DNA of 6,189 nt from Paraspadella gotoi. Its lineage: Eukaryota; Animalia; Chaetognatha. The notes beneath the pieces are model-generated. The model did not search any database and was not told the DNA's origin. It saw nothing but the letters and a program-made list of their open reading frames with translations. Location of the stretch: contig JBJCIZ010001062.1 of NCBI GenBank assembly GCA_051294375.1, positions 1 to 6,189 of the forward strand, in the 5' to 3' direction. The first letter of the stretch is position 1. Every line of letters begins with the position of its first letter. The translations under genes and the position numbers were made by a program. Shown in pieces: positions 1-6,189 of this stretch.

Positions 1-96
1 CCACTTAATGAAAGAATTTTTAAAAATGATTTATAATTTCCTCGTCTATTAAACGCTTAATAACTACTTGTCTAAACAATCAAAAACCCAGGGCGC

Positions 97-203
97 TCCC
101 TCTTTCTTTTTTCCCCCGTTTTCCTTTCTTTTCCTCCTTTTTCTTTTTCCTCCCTTTTTTTACGCCCCTCCTCTTCCTCTACTCTTGTCGCCTTTTCCCC
201 CCG
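97..203. repeat. Polypyrimidine low-complexity tract
   Basis: Almost exclusively C/T on the + strand (e.g. tttttcctttcttttcctccttttttctttttcctccc-like runs) with few purine interruptions. Confidence 0.8.
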
Positions 204-277
204 TCTTACATTTCCATAAAAATGAAAAATAATCTCCTTTCGCTGTCAACTTTTTGGCGCGAATCAAGAAGCAAAAT

Positions 278-356
278 GGGGTGGAGGGGGCGGGAAGAGG
301 GTGGGTGAGTTGATTGGGATGGGTGGGAAGCTAAGGCTTTGGGGGGGATGGAGGGC
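278..356 (+). other. G-run cluster with G-quadruplex potential
   Basis: GGGG-tgga-GGGGG-c-GGG-aaga-GGG-t-GGG at 278-305 fits the G3+N1-7 pattern; further G runs at 318-328 and 340-356. Confidence 0.5.
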
Positions 357-1046
357 CAGGATGAGATGAGTAAGTAAAGTGTGGGTAAAAATGGGTAGAT
401 AATGATAAACTGAGGATTGTTAACGGGGGTCGATTCAAGGTCTCAATTTCCTTTTTTTTTTACTCAAAATAACCTTAATCTCTCGGCAATTATTTAACTC
501 AATCGATGATACACAATCCTAAAAGCTAATTCCTTACCTAAACTAATTTTTGTATCTAAAAACTTTATTAATTCCGAATTTAAGCTAAAAGGAGGCACTT
601 TTGGAATATAAGGCCGGAGAGTGTAATACCGAGATTCGTTTGGTAAAGTTTGGCTGGTTGGGCGGAAAGGGCAGAGGGATAATGACGAGCTCAGACGGTA
701 AAGTAGATGGCGACGGTTAGGAACCGCGCCAACGTCAAAAGAGAAAGAAAACCGGCGCCAAAGACGCGTTATGAAATGGCGCCGCGGCTTCGTCCGGCGC
801 CGTGGGCAAAAGCGGCAGCCGAAAAGAGACCGGAATCCTCGCGCTTGAGTGAGATTTTTCCCCGAGGCCTCTGTCAAAAGCGGCGCCGGCTTGAGTGAGC
901 GCCGAGCGAGAGCGCCGGGAGCGCCGGGGTCAACGCTTCTCTCTGACCAACATTCGGGTGAAAAATGACGTCTTCTCTCGTGAATCTTGGGAATCCGTGA
1001 GGAGGAAGGGACTAGTGAGTCTGTGAATGTATGGGGTCGCCGGTGG

Positions 1047-1051
<5 letters not shown>

Positions 1052-1087
<36 letters not shown>
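1052..1087. repeat. (CT)18 microsatellite
   Basis: Perfect dinucleotide repeat read directly. Confidence 0.97.
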
Positions 1088-1092
<5 letters not shown>

Positions 1093-1176
1093 TTTCCTAC
1101 TCTTCCTCCTTTATTTTTTTGTTTCGCAAACAACAAAACCTGACTGGAGCCGCTAAACTTACGCAGCGGAGCAAAA

Positions 1177-1179
<3 letters not shown>

Positions 1180-1212
<33 letters not shown>
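1180..1212. repeat. (CT)16 microsatellite
   Basis: Perfect dinucleotide repeat read directly. Confidence 0.97.
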
Positions 1213-1215
<3 letters not shown>

Positions 1216-1338
1216 TTCGAATTCCCCAAGAACCAAAACGCTGCTTAATTTATAGTATATATACCCCCGAGGTCGAAATCCTAACCACGATCTAGGGCAA
1301 AATGCCACTTTCAGCAGTCCCTCCTCGCCCCCACGACC

Positions 1339-1595
1339 CACTCTGAAGCCATAGTAAGGGGGACAGCAGAAAATTTCATACAGCCTCGCTACCCAGCTGT
1401 AACCACTACACTCTGAAGCCATAGTAAGGGGGACAGCAGAAAATTTCATACAGCCTCGCTACCCAGCTGTAACCACTACACTCTGAAGCCATAGTAAGGG
1501 GGACAGCAGAAAATTTCATACAGCCTCGCTACCCAGCTGTAACCACTACACTCTGAAGCCATAGTAAGGGGGACAGCAGAAAATTTCATACAGCC
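1339..1595. repeat. Perfect 70-bp tandem repeat, about 3.7 copies
   Basis: Unit cactctgaagccatagtaagggggacagcagaaaatttcatacagcctcgctacccagctgtaaccacta starts at 1339, 1409 and 1479, with a 47-bp partial copy at 1549-1595; no mismatches seen. Confidence 0.97.
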
Positions 1596-1901
1596 CCCCC
1601 GTTCTTTCCTCTCATAAACACTTACGTACGAAAGAAAGAATTAACCTTGTCTTTAAAGTTTTAACTATCTATTACTTTAACTCATTTTTCACCGCCGAAA
1701 TTTGATAACTTCTCCCGCCACCACCAAAAAAATATGTAATGAATCAGGTTTGAGGCAGACTCTAGCGGATTTTGTAGAAATAAAAAAAAACAAAAGAAAA
1801 TTTAAATTGCAAATTGAAAAGATTGAGAAATCTAATTTTCCAAAAGGCGACGACGATGATTAAAGCAAAAAAACGTCGCTGCATCGAAGAAAATTTTTTT
1901 T

Positions 1902-1932
1902 AGTCGGATCTGCTTATCAGCAGATCCCGACT
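1902..1932 (+). repeat. 5' subterminal inverted repeat and hairpin of HINE copy 1
   Basis: agtcggatctgct-tatc-agcagatcc(c)gact: 13-bp stem with one bulged C and a 4-nt loop. Confidence 0.85.
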
Positions 1933-2040
1933 CTATAATTCACTTTGTCGGTCCGTCGGTCCGCCCCCTCAATATTGTCGGGCAGTCACTTATATCATGT
2001 CAGAACATCGAATTATGATAAATTATGCAAAAAAAATGAT

Positions 2041-2052
2041 GTCCGTCCGTCT

Positions 2053-2103
<51 letters not shown>

Positions 2104-2113
2104 CCGTCCGTCC
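2041..2113 (+). repeat. (GTCT/GTCC)n tetranucleotide microsatellite within HINE copy 1
   Basis: gtccgtccgt...gtctgtctgtct...gtccgtccgtcc read directly; GTCY repeats are characteristic of DINE-1/HINE elements. Confidence 0.93.
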
Positions 2114-2129
2114 CACCTTAGCAAAAAAC

Positions 2130-3015
2130 ACCAATTACTCGTGATTGGATGGATGGATTTAAATAAAATTTTGTGTGTGGATAGGTAAGTGTGTGATTGA
2201 GCTGGATTTAAGTTTCGATGGAATCGTCCGAGTGGAAATGAGTTTATATGGAAAAAACAAAAAAATATAATTCACTATTTGAACACCAATTGCTCATGAG
2301 TGGATGGGCTGATTGACCTGGAATTTTGTATGTGGGTAGAAAGTGTGTGATTGAACAGGAAATCAAGTTTCGATGGAATAGTTTGAGTGGAAATGAGTTT
2401 AAATGGAAAAAAACAAAAAACCTGTTTCACTAATTGATTATGATTTTTTTCCTTTTATATTAAATGTATATTCAAGATGTATTATTAAATCAAATAATTA
2501 ATCTGTTAATTAATCAATTAGTAAATAAATTAATCAATAATTAATTAATTAGTCAATCAATCCGTCCATCCGTCCCACCTTAGCAAAAAGCTCCAATAAC
2601 TTGTGATTGGCTGGTTGGATTGGAATTAATTTTGTGTGTGGGTAGGAAAGTGTGTGATAAAGCTGGATATAAAGTTTCGATGGAATCGTGTGAGTGGAAA
2701 TTAGTTTAAATGGAAAAAACATAAGTCGCATTTACTAAAATATTTTTATTTATTTTAACCAATAAATACTCTAATTAATCATAATTGGATGGATAGATTG
2801 AGTTGAAATTTTGTGTGTGGGTAGGAAAATGTGTGATGAAGCTTGATATAAAGTTTCGGTGGAAACGTACCAGTGGAAATGAGTTTAAATGAAAAAAATA
2901 TGAGTCACATTTACTTGAATCTTTTTATTTATTTTAACCCATGATAGATTGAGATGAAATTTTGTGAGCCGGTAGGAAAGTGAGTGAAGAAGCTAGATAT
3001 AAAGTTTGGACGGAA
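2130..3015 (+). repeat. Five diverged ~150-180-bp internal subrepeats of HINE copy 1
   Basis: Core ttttgtgtgtgggtaggaaagtgtgtga...aagtttcgatggaatcg...gtggaaatgagttt recurs with anchors near 2169, 2324, 2630, 2809 and 2960 (last one partial). Confidence 0.88.
2492..2560. repeat. AT-rich (TAAT/CAAT)n low-complexity tract
   Basis: ttaattaatcaattagtaaataaattaatcaataattaattaatt read directly. Confidence 0.7.
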
Positions 3016-3081
3016 TGCAAGTTGATAAAATTATGCAAGTTGAAAAAATCTTAAAAGCATAAGGATCGTCGCAATTGCATA

Positions 3082-3083
<2 letters not shown>

Positions 3084-3140
<57 letters not shown>

Positions 3141-3154
3141 GAGAGAGAGAGAGA
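3084..3154. repeat. Interrupted (AG)n microsatellite
   Basis: About 70 bp of AG repeat with two interruptions (aaa, gtg). Confidence 0.96.
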
Positions 3155-3271
3155 AGGAGACATAAAATAAAATAGAGGATATTTGTTTGTTTGATAAAAT
3201 GTAAACAAAACATTTAATAACTGTCCTGACTCAATTTTAAGGACATCGATGATGACAAGCTGAATATAAAT

Positions 3272-3333
3272 TATAATTAATTTTTAAAATTAATTAATTA
3301 ATTAATCGATTAATTAATTAATTCATTAATTAT
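3272..3333. repeat. (TAAT)n AT-rich repeat just upstream of the 3' subterminal inverted repeat
   Basis: taattaattaattaatcgattaattaattaattcattaattat read directly. Confidence 0.8.
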
Positions 3334-3334
3334 T

Positions 3335-3369
3335 TAGGCAGATCCGACATTGTTTGCTCAAACTTGTTT
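3335..3369 (+). repeat. 3' terminus of HINE copy 1 (subterminal inverted repeat, stem-loop, CTTGTT)
   Basis: taggcagatccgacattgtttgctcaaacttgttt is the exact reverse complement of 3970-4004. Confidence 0.9.
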
Positions 3370-3727
3370 CTTTCTCTTCGACAACCTCTTAGTTTTTATT
3401 GTTTAGTCTTTTCGAGATTCGTCAAACAGTAAACACAAAACGTTTAAAAAATGTAAAAATGGTAAAGCAAGACATATACCAACGGAAAACACTGGCGGCG
3501 TCGGAGCCGCCAGCTTGAGGTGGGGGGGGAATTAACCGGGAAACCAATTAATAATCCCCCTACTTATTACTCAATTAATGGTTTACCAGCCTCCTTTTTC
3601 TCTCGCGTAAATCGCTTTAAGCTCGGATGAATAAGGCGTTTTTTTTTCAATCCGAAAAGCGGTCGGTCTGCTCTTTCTTGTAGCGAGAATTTTAGAGAGA
3701 AAAAAAGCTAAGTTTAATTTCGATTTG

Positions 3728-3776
3728 TCAATGATCACTGGTCGTTGGTCACTGGTCAGTTGTCAGTTGTCAGTTT
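3728..3776. repeat. Degenerate 7-bp tandem repeat, 7 copies
   Basis: tcaatga tcactgg tcgttgg tcactgg tcagttg tcagttg tcagttt. Confidence 0.7.
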
Positions 3777-4030
3777 TCAAGATTAGATTTAAAATCTGAG
3801 ACGGAAAAATGTTCTACGGTTTCAAAAAATAAATCTCGCGTTTTTGATCAGATTAAAGTTGGAGAGCAAAAACGGGAGCGTTGTCCGTTCTCTTCAAATT
3901 GGTCAGTGACCACTTCACGTGAATCAAAATCTTTTCGTCTCCTTCACATCGTGAAGTGAAACATTAAATAAACAAGTTTGAGCAAACAATGTCGGATCTG
4001 CCTACGATAATTAAGTGGTAATAATCTAAC

Positions 4031-4290
4031 TTGGTCAACTTGCATAATTTAATCAACTTGCATAATTTGGTCAACTGACATAATTTGGTTAACTGACTTA
4101 ATTTGGTCTACTGACATAATTTGATCAATTAAGATAATTTGGTCAACCAGCAAAATTTGGTCAACTGGCATAATTATATCAACTGGCTTAATTTGATCAA
4201 CTTGCAGAATTTGGTCAACTGGCATAATTTGGTCAACTTTAAGAATTTGGTCAACTGGCATATTTTTGTTAATTGGCATAATTCGGTCAA
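4031..4290. repeat. 18-bp minisatellite, 14 full copies plus a partial (consensus ttggtcaactggcataat)
   Basis: Units in exact 18-nt register from 4031 to 4282, with substitutions but no indels. Confidence 0.93.
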
Positions 4291-4859
4291 TCAATCAATT
4301 AATCAATCAATAAATCAATCAGAGAGAGATAGAGAGAGAGAAACTTTAAAAAATTCAAATAAATGTGTCTTTTGGTTTTCTAATTTCAACTCTTTTCCAC
4401 TCCTACGATTCCATCAAAAAATTTATATCCAGCTTTATCACATACTTTCCTACCCACACACAATATTCAATTTCGATTTATTTATCCAATTTTTAATAAA
4501 CATAATAATTATGAGTAAATTTAAGTAAAAATATTTCAAGTAAATATTACCTTTGGTTTTTTTTCCATTTTAACTAATTTTCACTTGCACGATTCAATCG
4601 AAACTTTATATCCAGCTCAATCACACACTTTCCTACCATCATACAAAATTTCAAGTCAATTGCCCTATCCACTCATGAGCAATTGGCGTTCAAATAGTTA
4701 AATATATTTTTTTGTTTTTTCCATTTAAACCAATTTCCACTCGCACGATTCCCTCGAAACTTCATATCCATCTCAATCACACAGTTTCCTACCCACACAC
4801 AAAATTTCATACCAATCCATCCATCCAATCATGAGTAATTGGAGTTTTTTGCTAAGGTG

Positions 4860-4915
4860 GGACGGATGGACGGACGGATGAACGGACGGACGGACTGATG
4901 GATGGACGGACGGAC
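4860..4915 (-). repeat. GTCY-type microsatellite of HINE copy 2 ((GGAC/GGAT)n on +)
   Basis: ggacggatggacggacggatgaacggacggacggac read directly; same position in the element as 2041-2113. Confidence 0.92.
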
Positions 4916-4957
4916 ATCATTTTTTTTGCATAATTTATCTATTAGGACAAAAACAGT

Positions 4958-4963
4958 TTTATT
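4958..4963 (-). promoter_or_regulatory. Putative polyadenylation signal AATAAA near the retroelement 3' end
   Basis: tttatt on + equals AATAAA on -, about 40 nt downstream of the predicted hammerhead cleavage site and about 20 nt before the inferred element end. The motif is common by chance in AT-rich DNA. Confidence 0.4.
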
Positions 4964-5000
4964 TGACAACGATGACAACGATTTAATTGACACAATTTAG

Positions 5001-5044
5001 GCAGACATGTTTCGGCTCTTTCACTTAGAGCCTTCATGCAGTGC
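5001..5044 (-). ncRNA. Minimal type I hammerhead ribozyme-like motif (variant core)
   Basis: - strand reads GCA-CUG(C)AUGA-A-GGCUCU-AAGUGAA-AGAGCC-GAAA-CAUG-UC-UGC: stem I GCA/UGC, 6-bp stem II, GAAA, palindromic ACAUGU stem III, GUC cleavage triplet. One extra C relative to the canonical CUGAUGA core. Confidence 0.75.
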
Positions 5045-5084
5045 TTTTGACAATCAATATTTAGTCTCTGTTAAAGTAAGTTTT

Positions 5085-5119
5085 GAGAGAGAGAGAGACG
5101 AGAGAGAGAGAGAGAGAGA
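5085..5119. repeat. Interrupted (GA)n microsatellite
   Basis: Read directly; one C interruption at 5099. Confidence 0.93.
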
Positions 5120-5222
5120 AAAATTGAGGGGAGAGTTTCCAAAAAGAATAAGGTAAGGGACAGTGGACAGATGTGAGGACAGCTGAAGTAAGGAGAGGGA
5201 AGAAGTAAGTCTTTTGAAAATG

Positions 5223-5226
<4 letters not shown>

Positions 5227-5264
<38 letters not shown>
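5227..5264. repeat. (AG)19 microsatellite
   Basis: Perfect dinucleotide repeat read directly. Confidence 0.97.
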
Positions 5265-5265
<1 letters not shown>

Positions 5266-5868
5266 AAAGCAAAAATTTAAACAATACATTTAGCAATGTA
5301 CAACAGAGATAAAGTGCATTAAATAATCTAAATATAACTGAAAATTAAATGTTAACAATGGAAAGAAATAAGTTAGTAAATAAAGTGAAATTTGAAATAG
5401 AAAATAAGTGGTGAGGGATAGATAAGTGAAGAAAAGTGAAAGTAAGTAAAAAAAGAGCTCAAAAAATGAGCTCGCCCCCCCGCCGGCCGGGCAAATGGAG
5501 GACGTTGACGATAAGGTCGGGTCATTGGCCTGTCATAGGTTGTGAGAGTATATATGTAGAAGTTTGTCATGCTGGGATCCGCGAAGAGATCCCGCCTGGA
5601 AAAATGCCAAGTGCTACTCGTATATCCCTTTGGCCTGATAAGCCTGCCGACAGCCCTCCTCTCACCTGACGGTGAGGCAGGCAGTTGCCTGTCTGGCCTG
5701 TTTTGCTAGCAGGAGATACAGACTCCTCTCCTCCTCCTGTAGCCGTCGTTTTGGGCGACGCTTGGCGCGAGGAGAGTCACGCCAAGTTGCTACAGGCTCA
5801 GGAAAGGTATCGGACGTCCATTGCCTGCTGAGAGGCCTCCGCCTGACCCGTTGAGTGGGGACAGGGGA

Positions 5869-6189
5869 TCATTTGTGCGGTTGGGGTGGCTCTGGGCGTA
5901 CCACCACCATTTGGATAAGCGAATCATAGTTGAGAGGGAGGTCGAATCGTCTTCCATCACGGTTCAGAGAGGGTTCGAGAGCTTTGATGTAGATTGCCTC
6001 TCTAATACCTCTGGAAAACCAGTTTGGTCATGGGACAGCACGAGACAGTAAGTTTCTTCTGAACAGATGGCCAGAATTTGCCGCTGTGCTGCGCAATGGC
6101 CGATAAGTAATGACCACGTGGGTCCCGATATGGCTTTGTGTGCTGCTTGAACGCGATGGCTGTCAGAGACTTTCCTGTATCTCTCTCGG
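5869..6189 (-). pseudogene. Frameshifted C-terminal part of a Penelope-like GIY-YIG endonuclease domain
   Basis: Manual translation of the - strand: 6024-5869 gives NWFSRGIREAIYIKALEPSLNRDGRRFDLPLNYDSLIQMVVVRPEPPQPHK*, resembling the W..RG.(K/R)EAIYI....PSLNRDG pattern (catalytic Glu, conserved Asn) of Penelope-type GIY-YIG domains. A different frame from 6181 gives DTGKSLTAIAFKQH...SAIAQH, and SGHLF lies in the C-terminal frame. Several frameshifts are needed to join the pieces; the GIY/YIG motifs would lie outside the window. Confidence 0.85.

Larger units (their letters stand above)
1894..3369 (+). mobile_element. DINE-1/HINE-type non-autonomous Helentron-like element, copy 1 (both termini present)
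   Basis: Starts in a T run; 11-bp subterminal inverted repeats gtcggatctgc (1903-1913) and gcagatccgac (3338-3348); 5' hairpin at 1902-1932; GTCY microsatellite at 2041-2113; internal ~150-180-bp repeats; short 3' stem-loop gtttg-ct-caaac (3352-3363) followed by ttgttt; T-rich flanks and no target-site duplication seen. This matches the established DINE-1/HINE layout. Confidence 0.85.
3970..4939 (-). mobile_element. DINE-1/HINE-type element, copy 2 (inverted; 5' end missing or displaced)
   Basis: 3' terminus 3970-4004 is identical (reverse complement) to 3335-3369; three internal subrepeats (cctacccacacacaaaa-like anchors near 4449, 4632, 4788); (GGAC/GGAT)n at 4860-4915; homology to copy 1 runs to 4939 (gataaattatgcaaaaaaaatgatgtccgtccgt, equal to copy 1 from 2017) and then stops abruptly. 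Confidence 0.85.
4940..6189 (-). mobile_element. 3' portion of a Penelope-like retroelement (probably Penelope/Poseidon type, C-terminal GIY-YIG); continues beyond the window
   Basis: On the - strand, in order: degenerate GIY-YIG C-terminus (6189-5869), long 3' region, hammerhead-like motif (5044-5001), AATAAA (4963-4958), then junction with HINE copy 2 at about 4940. This order matches the known 3' end/pseudo-LTR layout of Penelope-like elements. The left boundary is inferred from loss of HINE homology. Confidence 0.78.

Noticed and set aside
494-898. 127-aa (-) and 63-aa (+) ORFs
   Set aside because: Arg/Pro/Ala-rich translations of a GC-rich patch with no recognisable motif; a small exon cannot be excluded but is unsupported.
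1011-1262. Possible small canonical Helitron on the - strand (tatatactataaa... start, ctagt end)
   Set aside because: The start lacks the 5' TC and there is no GC-rich hairpin shortly before the CTAG; too weak without multi-copy evidence.
1341-1380. ctgaag...gaaa in the 70-bp unit as a hammerhead core
   Set aside because: The core reads CUGAAGC rather than CUGANGA and no stem II can form.
930-1449. ORFs containing RERE or SLSL runs (930-1229, 987-1295, 1159-1449)
   Set aside because: Kept open by (CT)n/(AG)n microsatellites; no domain-like sequence. The same applies to the ORFs at 2993-3213 and 5054-5296.
1339-1595. CRISPR-like reading as four 47-bp repeats with three 23-bp spacers
   Set aside because: The would-be spacers are identical, so this is a plain tandem repeat; no cas genes and a eukaryotic context.
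4049-4294. 81-aa ORF with (IMPVDQ)n hexapeptide repeats
   Set aside because: It is the translation of the 18-bp minisatellite; unit differences are mostly amino-acid changing and it sits inside a non-autonomous element.
1894-4939. Single foldback or MITE transposon with long terminal inverted repeats
   Set aside because: Each arm has its own HINE 3' terminus facing inward and the arms differ in internal structure, which fits two separate insertions.
6028-6030. In-frame TGA before PNWFSRG as a possible selenocysteine codon
   Set aside because: A neighbouring frame (VLSHD) fits the expected sequence better, so a frameshift explains it; no SECIS-like motif identified, and the selenoprotein-encoding Penelope-like elements I know of (Naiad clade) have an N-terminal endonuclease.
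5436-6051. + strand ORFs 5436-5669, 5672-5854 and 5821-6051
   Set aside because: Antisense to the retroelement; the protein-like signal is on the - strand.

Overview
Repeat-rich eukaryotic DNA (most likely invertebrate animal, intergenic or intronic) with no intact protein-coding gene; the ORF-track entries mostly reflect microsatellites, minisatellites or GC-rich sequence. Left to right: a pyrimidine tract and G-run block (97-356); a CpG-rich stretch with clustered GCGCC motifs (~700-930); (CT)n microsatellites; a perfect 70-bp tandem array (1339-1595); two related DINE-1/HINE-type (non-autonomous Helentron-like) elements arranged tail-to-tail (1894-3369 on +, 3970-4939 on -) around a 600-bp spacer; and the 3' end of a Penelope-like retroelement on the - strand (4940-6189). 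The retroelement contributes a frameshifted GIY-YIG endonuclease C-terminus missed by the ORF track, a structured 3' region, a minimal type I hammerhead ribozyme with a variant core (5001-5044) and a downstream AATAAA. It abuts the second HINE exactly where that HINE's 5' end is missing. All calls are by eye; no database search was run.
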